Part shown: positions 1-7,471 of the stretch, piece by piece
Numbering within the stretch: the first letter of the stretch is position 1
Layout of the letters: every line of letters starts with the position of its first letter
Source: Candidatus Moraniibacteriota bacterium
Lineage (GTDB): Bacteria; Patescibacteriota; Minisyncoccia; Moranbacterales; UBA9337
Direction of reading: 5' to 3'
Length of the DNA stretch: 64,000 bases
NCBI GenBank assembly: GCA_028695135.1
Contig: JAQVJM010000004.1
Coordinates: forward strand, 1,696 to 65,695
The notes under the pieces: generated by a model
Databases searched by the model: none
Told to the model about the DNA's origin: nothing
Seen by the model: only the letters and a program-made list of their open reading frames with translations
Translations under genes and position numbers: made by a program

Positions 1-1
1 G

Positions 2-835
2 GTGGTGAATCTGGATATGGAAAAGCCCGAAGAATACCTCGACTGTAAAGCCGAAAGTATTTTCGGCTACAGTCTCAAAATCCAAAATTCAAAATTCCAA
101 ATTCCGAATAAATCAAAAATTCCAAATCAAAAATTCCAAACTGTCATAGCTGAAGATATCGAGCTGGGAGTAAAAAATTCAAAATTCGAAATTCATTCGC
201 CACGGCGAACAAAATTTTTGATCAATCTGATCGGAGACTTCAATATCGAAAACGCATTGGCGGCGATATCGGCGGGAGTAGCGCAGGGGATAAGCCTGGA
301 GGTCTGCGCCAAAGCCCTCGGTAAAATCAAAGGCGTTCCCGGAAGGATGGAGAGCGTCTCCAATGACAGAGATTTCAATATAATTGTCGATTACGCCGTG
401 ACTCCGGATTCGCTGGAAAAACTCTACGCTCTTTTGGATAGGATAAACTATAAAAAAGGAAAAATTATCGCGGTTTTCGGCGCTTGCGGGGAAAGAGATA
501 GAGGAAAGCGTCCGATCATGGGAGAAATCGTCTCGCGGTTCGCCGATTATGTCATTGTCACGAATGAGGATCCCTACAATGAAGATCCCCGAAGGATAAT
601 CGATGAAGTTGCCGGCGGAGTCAAAGGGAAAAAAGAAGGAAAAAATTTCTTCAAAATTTTTGACAGGAGAGAAGCGATAAGAAAGTCTTTGGAATTGGCC
701 ATGCCGGGGGATTTCGTTGTTATAACCGGCAAGGGGGCGGAGGAAACGATGGCGGTAGGTAAAAAGAGAATCCCCTGGAACGACAAAAAGGTCGTTTTGG
801 AGGAGTTGGCCCTGTTGACAAGAAATCAAAAATAG
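2..835 (+). CDS. murE: UDP-N-acetylmuramyl-tripeptide synthetase (MurE-type Mur ligase), 5'-truncated by the window edge
   Basis: Motifs FNIENALAA, VPGRME, IVDYAVTPDSL, VFGACGERDRGKRPIMG, NEDPYNEDP, DRREAI, GKGAE. Confidence 0.88.
   Translation: MVNLDMEKPEEYLDCKAESIFGYSLKIQNSKFQIPNKSKIPNQKFQTVIAEDIELGVKNSKFEIHSPRRTKFLINLIGDFNIENALAAISAGVAQGISLEVCAKALGKIKGVPGRMESVSNDRDFNIIVDYAVTPDSLEKLYALLDRINYKKGKIIAVFGACGERDRGKRPIMGEIVSRFADYVIVTNEDPYNEDPRRIIDEVAGGVKGKKEGKNFFKIFDRREAIRKSLELAMPGDFVVITGKGAEETMAVGKKRIPWNDKKVVLEELALLTRNQK
77..196 (+). repeat. Degenerate 7-mer tandem tracts (AAAATTC/CAAATTC) in-frame in murE
   Basis: aaaatcc aaaattc aaaattc caaattc cgaataaatc aaaaatt ccaaatc aaaaatt ccaaac (77-141) and aaaaatt caaaatt cgaaatt (about 174-194); translates as KIQNSKFQIPNKSKIPNQKFQ and KNSKFEI. 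Confidence 0.85.
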
Positions 836-873
836 GTCATACTTTCCGGTTAGTCTTAATCCTAATCGGAAAT

Positions 874-1380
874 ATGATCATAACTCCCTTGGAAAAACAT
901 ATCCGGAACATAGAGAAAGAGAAGAAAAAGATATTTTTGGAGGCGATACGCTTTTTCTATGGAAACGATCGAAAACTTTTGAACTATTATCTTTTAACCG
1001 CAACTCTTTCTTTTGCGGCGCTTATTTTTTCAAGCTGGATGGACATCGGAGAAAGCCCCGCTTTTGCAATCGTAAATTTTCTGCTTGCGGGCGTTTTTGT
1101 TTTGAGCCTCGCCGAATATCTCAACTTTGTAGAAAAGTCGGAGAAAAAGTATAAGAATATTTTTTCCGACCTGGATCTCAAATATGACCAGGAGATTTCG
1201 ATTTTCAGGGATTTTTATTCCGGCAAGATAGACGAAAATGAATTGAGAAACTTTTATCTGGAAAGAGAAAATCTTTTGGAAAAATATTTTTTGTCCGTAG
1301 AAAGAAGGGATGTCGCGGAAAGATGGCTTATTTTCATAGGGCTGTCTCTGGCCGTGATTCTTATTTTTTTGAACTTTTAA
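874..1380 (+). CDS. Hypothetical membrane protein (about 3 TM)
   Basis: 168-aa ORF with hydrophobic segments, followed by a terminator. Confidence 0.7.
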   Translation: MIITPLEKHIRNIEKEKKKIFLEAIRFFYGNDRKLLNYYLLTATLSFAALIFSSWMDIGESPAFAIVNFLLAGVFVLSLAEYLNFVEKSEKKYKNIFSDLDLKYDQEISIFRDFYSGKIDENELRNFYLERENLLEKYFLSVERRDVAERWLIFIGLSLAVILIFLNF

Positions 1381-1404
1381 TCTGTTTTTAAAGATATCCG
1401 GATC

Positions 1405-1437
1405 AAAAAACTCCTTTTGCAATAAGGAGTTTTTTTT
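1405..1437. terminator. Bidirectional intrinsic terminator
   Basis: AAAAAACTCCTT-ttgcaat-AAGGAGTTTTTTTT between convergent genes. Confidence 0.8.
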
Positions 1438-1446
1438 ATTTTTTAT

Positions 1447-1899
1447 TTATCCCAGAATTTTTATCAGAAGCATAGTGGACAAGAATCCGACTATCGCTCC
1501 GGCCATCACTTCGCTGGCGCGATGCCCCATACGCTCTTTGAGATCGGGATATTTTTTATTGTCTATGTTCAATCTTTCTTTGATGAGATTTATATATTCG
1601 CTGTGGTTTCCCATATAGACGCGGAGGCGGGTGGCGTCGTCAACGACTATTACGGCCATAACAACGGCAACGGCGAACGCTCCCGAGTCTATTCCGGCGT
1701 AATAGCCGACGGAAGTCACCATGGAAGTCATAAGAGCGGTATGGACGCTGGGCATATGGCCGTAACTCATGGCATGGTGCAAGGTGTATCGGAAATCTTG
1801 GCCGTGGCGGAAATAAAAGATGATGAACTTTATTATCCTGGAGACGAGAAGGACTAGAACGGGTATTATGAAAACGTTAAATTTCGGATCGTAAGGCAT
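1447..1899 (-). CDS. Divergent PAP2 family protein (DUF212-like)
   Basis: GHMPSVHTA, DDATRLR and LKERMGHRASEV motifs. Confidence 0.85.
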   Translation of the reverse strand: MPYDPKFNVFIIPVLVLLVSRIIKFIIFYFRHGQDFRYTLHHAMSYGHMPSVHTALMTSMVTSVGYYAGIDSGAFAVAVVMAVIVVDDATRLRVYMGNHSEYINLIKERLNIDNKKYPDLKERMGHRASEVMAGAIVGFLSTMLLIKILG

Positions 1900-2069
1900 A
1901 TGATTGAAAATATTAATTTTTAAGTGAATTAATTATACTATAAAACGCTCTTTTTATCTATTTTTTGGTATTTTGTTATTGTCAAAAATGATGTATACTT
2001 GAATTAAGTTTAAATATTAATTAAAAAACTTTTGGATCGTTTATAAAACATCCAAGAGTATGAAAAAGT

Positions 2070-2633
2070 ATGTTTATAGGATTGATTCTTCTGGGAATCT
2101 TGGCAGTCGCGTTTATTTGGGTGATTGCTCTTTACAACGGCCTTATCAGGCTCAAAAACAGGGTGGATGAAGCTTGGAGCGATATCGATGTCCAGCTTAA
2201 GAGGCGCTATGATCTGATCCCCAATCTTATCAGCACCGTAAAGGGATATGCCGCGCATGAAAGCGCGACCTTTCAAAAAGTGACCGAAGCCAGAACGGCC
2301 GCCATGACCGCCCATGAATCTGGAGACGCCAAAGCTCAAGCTAAGGCGGAAAACATGCTTTCTGATACGTTAAAGTCGATATTTGCTCTAGCCGAAAATT
2401 ATCCGGATCTAAAGGCCAATCAGAGTTTTTTGGAACTGCAGAGAGAGCTCTCTGACACGGAAGACAAGATCCAGGCTTCCAGAAGGTTCTATAACGGAAA
2501 CGTCAGAGATTTCAACACGAAGATCGAGCTCTTTCCGAACAATATAATCGCCGGAATGCTGAAATTCACCAAAAGAGAATTCTTTGAGGTTGAGAATGAG
2601 AAGGAGAGAGAGAATGTGAAAGTAGAGTTCTAA
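2070..2633 (+). CDS. lemA: LemA family protein
   Basis: N-terminal TM; YNGLIRLKNRVDEAWSDIDVQLKRRYDLIPNL; ENYPDLKAN; RRFYN. Confidence 0.97.
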   Translation: MFIGLILLGILAVAFIWVIALYNGLIRLKNRVDEAWSDIDVQLKRRYDLIPNLISTVKGYAAHESATFQKVTEARTAAMTAHESGDAKAQAKAENMLSDTLKSIFALAENYPDLKANQSFLELQRELSDTEDKIQASRRFYNGNVRDFNTKIELFPNNIIAGMLKFTKREFFEVENEKERENVKVEF

Positions 2634-2634
2634 T

Positions 2635-2676
2635 AAATCCGAAATACGAAGTGCGAAATTCGAAACAAATCAAAAT
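2635..2676 (+). repeat. 7-mer tandem repeat, left arm of the four-helix-bundle cassette
   Basis: aaatccg aaatacg aagtgcg aaattcg aaacaaatc aaaATG. Confidence 0.85.
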
Positions 2677-3040
2677 GACAGAAAACAAAAATACAAAAAA
2701 ATTTGATTTAGAGGATCGCACTTTTAAATTTGCTAAAAATGTCAGAGTATTTGTCAAAAAAATTCCCAAAAGCATTTCTAATTTTGAAGATGGGAAACAG
2801 CTGGTGCGTTCCTCCGGTTCTGTTGGTGCGAATTACATAGAGGCCAATGAATCTTTAGGTAAGAAAGATTTTCTGATGAGAATTAAAATTTCCAGAAAAG
2901 AGGCTAAAGAAAGTCGATTTTGGTTAAATTTAATAGATATTGGCAATGAGAAAGAATTGTAAAAGGAAAGAAATGATCTTGCCAATGAAGCGACAGAACT
3001 AATGATGATATTCGGACCCATTATTAGAAAATCAGAATAA
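2675..3040 (+). pseudogene. Four-helix-bundle protein (23S rRNA IVP / TIGR02436-like) with an in-frame premature TAA at 2960-2962
   Basis: FDLEDRTFKFA, QLVRSSGSVGANYIEANES, DFLMRIKISRKEAKESRFWL; after the TAA the frame continues KERNDLANEATELMMIFGPIIRKSE*, a family-like last helix. Confidence 0.88.
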
Positions 3041-3098
3041 GTTTAGAATTTTAATTTTTAGTTATTATTTCGGATTTCGAGTTTCGAATTTCGTATTT
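3041..3098 (-). repeat. 7-mer tandem repeat, right (inverted) arm of the four-helix-bundle cassette
   Basis: atttcgg atttcga gtttcga atttcgt attt (3067-3098) is the reverse complement of AAATWCG-type units. Confidence 0.85.
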
Positions 3099-3105
3099 AA
3101 GACTT

Positions 3106-4005
3106 ATGGCTACCTTGTATAATCAATCAGACAGGAATAAACGCTTGACCTGGATCTATATCACAGGCTTTTTGGTGTTTGTCATCGGCGTGGGATATGT
3201 TTTCGCCGGGGCGATGGGAAACAGCTGGATACTTTACGGAGCGGTCATATTTTCCGTGCTTATGAGCTTCTCTTCTTATTGGTGGAGCGACAAGATCGTT
3301 CTCTCTATGAGTGGAGCCAAAGAAGTCACCCGTGAGAACGCCAAGGAGATTTATCGCATCGTTGAAAACCTCTGTATAACTGCCGGGCTTCCGGTTCCCA
3401 AGATTTATATTATTGAAGACAGCGCTCCCAACGCTTTCGCGACTGGTAGAGATCCCGAGCATGGAGTCATATGTTTTACGACCGGGATCATCCAAAAACT
3501 TGAGAAAGCGGAATTGGAAGGGGTTGTTGCTCATGAGCTTTCCCACATAGGCAATCGCGATGTACTCCTCTCGACAGTCGTTGTCGTGCTTGTCGGATTT
3601 GTAACGCTTCTGGCTGATTGGTTCCGCCATTGGGCTTTTTGGGGAGGAAGGTCGAGAAACAACGAAGGCGGAGGACAATTGCGCCTGATACTGATCGTTC
3701 TGGCGATCCTGCTTTCCATACTGGCTCCGATCGCGGCGATGCTGATGCAATTGGCGATTTCGAGAAAGAGGGAATTTCTGGCCGATGCAGATGGGGCGCT
3801 TCTTACTCGTTATCCCGAAGGGCTGGCGAGAGCCTTGGAAAAGATCTCTTCCGACCAAGAACCGCTGGAAGCGGCCAATCGCGCCACGGCTCATCTCTAT
3901 ATCGCCAATCCTTTCAAAGGCAAAAAAGCCTCCAAGTTTTTTATGACCCATCCTCCGATCGAGGAAAGGGTGGCTAAATTAAGAGGATTGGATGTAAATA
4001 GTTAA
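3106..4005 (+). CDS. htpX: Zinc metalloprotease HtpX (M48)
   Basis: PNAFATGR, HELSH (HEXXH), SRKREFLADA, THPPIEERV. Confidence 0.96.
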   Translation: MATLYNQSDRNKRLTWIYITGFLVFVIGVGYVFAGAMGNSWILYGAVIFSVLMSFSSYWWSDKIVLSMSGAKEVTRENAKEIYRIVENLCITAGLPVPKIYIIEDSAPNAFATGRDPEHGVICFTTGIIQKLEKAELEGVVAHELSHIGNRDVLLSTVVVVLVGFVTLLADWFRHWAFWGGRSRNNEGGGQLRLILIVLAILLSILAPIAAMLMQLAISRKREFLADADGALLTRYPEGLARALEKISSDQEPLEAANRATAHLYIANPFKGKKASKFFMTHPPIEERVAKLRGLDVNS

Positions 4006-4015
4006 TATAAAAATT

Positions 4016-4414
4016 ATGGCTCCAGAAAAAACCCCGCTTCCGGATGAAGCAGGGAGAAGGGACAGAACTTCTTATGACATCATAATGAGCTGTTTCGGCA
4101 ATCAAGATAAATTTGAGGCCGAAGTTTTTTCAATAAAAAAGCGGATGGAGGAAGAAACCGGAAAAAAAATAAAAGTGGACAAAGATTTTGTCAATATCGT
4201 GTTTGAAAATTATCCCGACAAAGAATTTATCAAAGAAAAAGCTACGGCCTTGCTGGCTCAAATCAAGGGAGTATTAGATGAGCCGGAGAAAAAGAATTTC
4301 GGTATGGACGTAGGAAGAAACAATAAAGAGAGAAAAAAATTAAGTGATGATCCGATTCATAAAAAAGGTGCTTGGCATAATCAAAAAAGATTGGGGGAAG
4401 ATAAAGATGATTAA
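4016..4414 (+). CDS. Hypothetical protein
   Basis: 132-aa charged ORF packed between htpX and the next gene. Confidence 0.65.
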   Translation: MAPEKTPLPDEAGRRDRTSYDIIMSCFGNQDKFEAEVFSIKKRMEEETGKKIKVDKDFVNIVFENYPDKEFIKEKATALLAQIKGVLDEPEKKNFGMDVGRNNKERKKLSDDPIHKKGAWHNQKRLGEDKDD

Positions 4415-4419
4415 TTTCT

Positions 4420-4860
4420 ATGCAGTTCAAACGGCCGGAAAATACGGATAAATATTATTGGACCCGTCACAGTATCGGGAAGATGATGCAATACGGACTG
4501 AGCGCCCAGAGAGTGATCAGGGTTATCAGAAGTTATACAAGGATAGAGGAGGGCATAGCGGAAAACACGATTGCGGTGATGCAGCCGACTTCCACCCGCA
4601 GGGACAAGGATGGAGAGCTTAAGTGGAACCAGGAGATATGGGTGATGTATCAGCTCCGACGCAAGGTCGGAGCAAATTCCAAAAAACAAATTCCAAATTC
4701 CAAACAAATCTCAAAATCAAAATTCAAAAATCGAAAAACAATTCCAAATTCTGCGAATGGAAAAATTCGCATCATCAGCGCTTGGAAGTTTCCGGGAATG
4801 AGTCCGAAAAGCAATCCGATTCCCAGGGAAATATTGGAGGAGATTGAGGATGTATTATAA
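4420..4860 (+). CDS. Conserved hypothetical protein, DUF4258/BrnT-like fold possible, with an in-frame repeat insertion
   Basis: YYWTRHSIGKM..YGLS..RV and EIWVMY...IISAW motifs; low-complexity NSKKQIPNSKQISKSKFKN insert. Confidence 0.65.
   Translation: MQFKRPENTDKYYWTRHSIGKMMQYGLSAQRVIRVIRSYTRIEEGIAENTIAVMQPTSTRRDKDGELKWNQEIWVMYQLRRKVGANSKKQIPNSKQISKSKFKNRKTIPNSANGKIRIISAWKFPGMSPKSNPIPREILEEIEDVL
4653..4751 (+). repeat. Hairpin plus 7-mer tract inside a CDS
   Basis: GCTCCGAC-gcaag-GTCGGAGC then aaattcc aaaaaac aaattcc aaattcc aaacaaatc tcaaaatc aaaattc aaaaatc. Confidence 0.8.
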
Positions 4861-4861
4861 T

Positions 4862-4889
4862 AAAAAACCTCCCGAGCGGGAGGTTTTTT
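4862..4889. terminator. Bidirectional intrinsic terminator
   Basis: AAAAAACCTCCC-gagc-GGGAGGTTTTT between convergent genes. Confidence 0.85.
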
Positions 4890-4902
4890 ACGTCCAGTAT
4901 CA

Positions 4903-5106
4903 TTATGCGATACGTGAAACTTTTGTAGCGTTAGGCCCCTTTGGGCTGTCGCTAACTTCGAATTCAACTTGGTCGCCTTCTCTTAAGTCATTGAACTCTA
5001 CCCCTTGCAGTTCGTTCGAATGAAAGAATAGATCCTTTTCTTCTCCATCACGGGAGATGAAACCGAATCCACGATCAGTTAATCGAGTAATTTTACCTTT
5101 TTCCAT
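4903..5106 (-). CDS. cspA: Cold-shock domain protein
   Basis: MEKGKI..RGFGFI..KDLFFHSNEL..LREGDQVEFEV..KGPNATKV; start placed at ATG 5106 (67 aa). Confidence 0.93.
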   Translation of the reverse strand: MEKGKITRLTDRGFGFISRDGEEKDLFFHSNELQGVEFNDLREGDQVEFEVSDSPKGPNATKVSRIA

Positions 5107-5257
5107 TTTATTACTTGATAATTTTTTACATACAAGCGATAGATGCAAAAGATAAAATTCGACTGATTCACCATGTATTGCAAACGATTGTATTTTCAAA
5201 TCATAGCATTTGGGGCGCATTTTGTCAATAACAGAAAAGACAAAATCACAAAAAGTC

Positions 5258-5286
5258 TTGATTAAATATTTTTTAGATGTTAATAT
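5258..5286 (+). promoter_or_regulatory. Putative sigma70 promoter for the ncRNA candidate and tRNA-Glu
   Basis: TTGATT-17 nt-TAATAT with a TG extension. Confidence 0.55.
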
Positions 5287-5290
5287 GATA

Positions 5291-5417
5291 TTCGTTGAAA
5301 ATGGATAATTTTACGGCTCTCTTGCCCGCTTGCAACTCTATATAAAAAATCGCAAGCGGGTCTGGTGGTCAGCCAACCAGAGACTGACCAACCTCCGGGC
5401 AGCATCCATGCAACGAA
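5291..5417 (+). ncRNA. Candidate structured non-coding RNA of unknown class
   Basis: Ends pair (TTCGTTG/CAACGAA, ATGGAT/ATCCAT); internal stems CCCGCTTGC/GCAAGCGGG and TGGTCAG/CTGACCA; begins just after a promoter. Confidence 0.4.
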
Positions 5418-5444
5418 AAAATATAACAACAAAATGATAATTAT

Positions 5445-5516
5445 GGCCCGTTCGTCTAGTGGTTAGGACACCAGGTTTTCATCCTGGCAACAGGGGTTCG
5501 ATTCCCCTACGGGCTA
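5445..5516 (+). tRNA. tRNA-Glu (anticodon TTC), CCA not encoded
   Basis: Acceptor GGCCCGT/ACGGGCT, D-loop TAGTGGTTAGG, anticodon arm CCAGG-ttTTCat-CCTGG, T-arm AGGGG-TTCGATT-CCCCT. Confidence 0.97.
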
Positions 5517-5521
5517 CAAGT

Positions 5522-5556
5522 AACAAAAAGCGCCTATTTAGTAGGCGCTTTTTGTT
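5522..5556 (+). terminator. Intrinsic terminator after the tRNA
   Basis: AACAAAAAGCGCCTA-tttag-TAGGCGCTTTTTGTT. Confidence 0.85.
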
Positions 5557-5574
5557 GTTTTGTATTTCTATGGT

Positions 5575-5673
5575 GGGGAATCGAAGGGTGTGAGCAGGCG
5601 CGATTGCCCAGGCTTCGAGTCGCCTGCCTACCGGCAGGCAAGTAGCTAGGAGGACTCCCCTGCGGGCTAACAA
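5575..5673. repeat. tRNA-derived repeat element (inverted T-arm copy plus a direct 3'-end copy) containing a CCTGCC palindrome
   Basis: GGGGAATCGAA (5575-5585) is the reverse complement of the tRNA TTCGATTCCCC; GACTCCCCTGCGGGCTA (5653-5669) matches the tRNA 3' end 15/17; CCTGCCTACCGGCAGG is internal. Confidence 0.7.
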
Positions 5674-5758
5674 TTTAAAAACTTGATTTTTTGGCCGAAA
5701 TGGTGTATAATTATAACAGTTAAAAAACGGGTGCAAAAGCCCGTTTTTTATCGTTTAT

Positions 5759-6421
5759 ATGGCCGATTTAAGACAAAAATACAAAAAAATATCATCTGTT
5801 GCGGGCGCCGGAACCAAAAAAGCGCTTGTTTTGAGCTGGAAAAAATTCGAAGACCTGATCAATATGGAAGAGACTGCCTTGAAAAAATTTTTGACAGTTT
5901 TTGTCTTAATCTTTGCTCCGGTATTTTTATTTATGTTTCTTGTCTCCATAAACCGGATAGAGAATGAATTGCTTTCCATCAAACCTGTCGAAATAATGGA
6001 TCATACCGATCATGAATTGGAGAGACAGATAAGGAAAATGACAGTTGGCTATCCTATTGAAAATATGAGCCGATATATCGCAAGCGAAGACAGGGAAGTG
6101 GCGGCTTTCATAGTTTCCATCGCCAAAAAAGAAAGCAATTGGGGATTGAGAACTCCCAAGCTTGACGGAAAAGAATGTTATAATTATTGGGGATTCAGGG
6201 AACAAAGAGAAAGGATGGGAAGCGGAGGACATACCTGTTTTGACAGTCCCAAAGATGCGGTGAGATCGATAGCCAGAAGGATAGAAGATTTGAGAAATAA
6301 AAATATAAATACGCCGGAGGAGATGATCGTTTGGAAGTGCGGATACAGTTGCGAGAGCCATAGCCCGCAAAGTGTCCAAAAATGGATCAATGATGTAAAA
6401 TTTTATTATAATAAGATATGA
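5759..6421 (+). CDS. Membrane-anchored lysozyme-like (glucosaminidase/transglycosylase-like) protein
   Basis: One TM, then FIVSIAKKESNWG..CYNYWG..CFDSPKDAV. Confidence 0.6.
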   Translation: MADLRQKYKKISSVAGAGTKKALVLSWKKFEDLINMEETALKKFLTVFVLIFAPVFLFMFLVSINRIENELLSIKPVEIMDHTDHELERQIRKMTVGYPIENMSRYIASEDREVAAFIVSIAKKESNWGLRTPKLDGKECYNYWGFREQRERMGSGGHTCFDSPKDAVRSIARRIEDLRNKNINTPEEMIVWKCGYSCESHSPQSVQKWINDVKFYYNKI

Positions 6422-6427
6422 AAAAAG

Positions 6428-7408
6428 ATGGAAAATAATAATAAAGAAAAAGAGATAAACTATATCCAAATCGTAAAAGATTCCCTGAAAATCACCTGGG
6501 AAAATAAATTTTTATGGTGGTTCGGCTTGCTTATCTCTCTGGGGGGAGGAGGAATGTCGGGACTGAATTATTCTTTTGAAAACGAAGAAGCAGAGGAAAT
6601 ACCGCCGGAGACGATAGAAAATCTCAGATATTTTTGGAGCATCTATCGAGAATGGATAATTGCGGGACTAGTTGCTTTGTTCTTGCTGGTTTTCATTTTT
6701 TATATTTTGAGCGTCATCGGAAGAGGAGGTCTCATAAGTTCATTGCTCAAGATGACCAAAAACGAAAAAGCCGATTTTTCTTCCGGATTCAAGGCGGGAA
6801 AGGATTTTTTCCTGAGAATATTTATCCTTAATGTTTTTTACGGCATGGGACTTCTGGCCGTAGCCGTTGTTATGATTTTTCCGATTGTCAGGCTGGCCTA
6901 TCTCAAGGTTTACGGACCAGCCTTGATATTGGTTATTGCGGCGGTTCCTATCATCATCTCTATTATTATTCTGGCGAGTTTTCTAAAGATTTATTCCCAG
7001 ATCTATCTGGTCGGAAGCGGATTGGGAATTTTTGAATCGATAAGATCAGCTTATGCAGTTCTCAAGAAAAATATAAAAGAGAGCCTGATAATGGGGATTG
7101 CAAGAATGATATCAGGGATCATAGCCGGAATGTCTCTCCTTATTTTATTTTTGATTATTATCGCCTTCTTTTCAACCATAGGCTTTTTGGCTTATTTTTC
7201 CATAGGTTATGCGGGAGCGATAGCGGTAGCGATTCTCGGAATATCGACCCTGGTAGTTGTCAACTTCATATGGCAGTCGGCTTTCAATGTTTTTCTGCAA
7301 TGCGCATGGATCTTGTTTTTCAATAAAATTGCGGCAGTTGAAGACAAAAAAGAGGAAAAACTCAAAGAAGAGGCTAAAGAAAAAATATTGGAACTGGAAA
7401 AAGTTTAA
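6428..7408 (+). CDS. Multi-pass membrane protein (GDPD membrane-domain/DUF7544-like)
   Basis: KITWENKFLWWFG start, 6-7 hydrophobic helices. Confidence 0.7.
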   Translation: MENNNKEKEINYIQIVKDSLKITWENKFLWWFGLLISLGGGGMSGLNYSFENEEAEEIPPETIENLRYFWSIYREWIIAGLVALFLLVFIFYILSVIGRGGLISSLLKMTKNEKADFSSGFKAGKDFFLRIFILNVFYGMGLLAVAVVMIFPIVRLAYLKVYGPALILVIAAVPIIISIIILASFLKIYSQIYLVGSGLGIFESIRSAYAVLKKNIKESLIMGIARMISGIIAGMSLLILFLIIIAFFSTIGFLAYFSIGYAGAIAVAILGISTLVVVNFIWQSAFNVFLQCAWILFFNKIAAVEDKKEEKLKEEAKEKILELEKV

Positions 7409-7471
7409 GCATAAAAAATAGAAAAGCGCTTGTAAGAAAGCGTTTTTTTGTTTTTTAAATTTTCCTTTTCC

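Noticed and set aside
2675-3040. Diversity-generating retroelement (Avd-like gene)
   Set aside because: No reverse transcriptase and no TR/VR pair with adenine-specific mismatches was seen in the window.
4016-4860. Type II toxin-antitoxin pair
   Set aside because: The upstream ORF has no recognisable antitoxin DNA-binding motif and the toxin-fold call is weak.
5500-5673. Prophage or genomic island integrated at tRNA-Glu
   Set aside because: The 3'-end duplicate is only about 150 nt away and no integrase or phage genes follow; kept only as a small repeat element.
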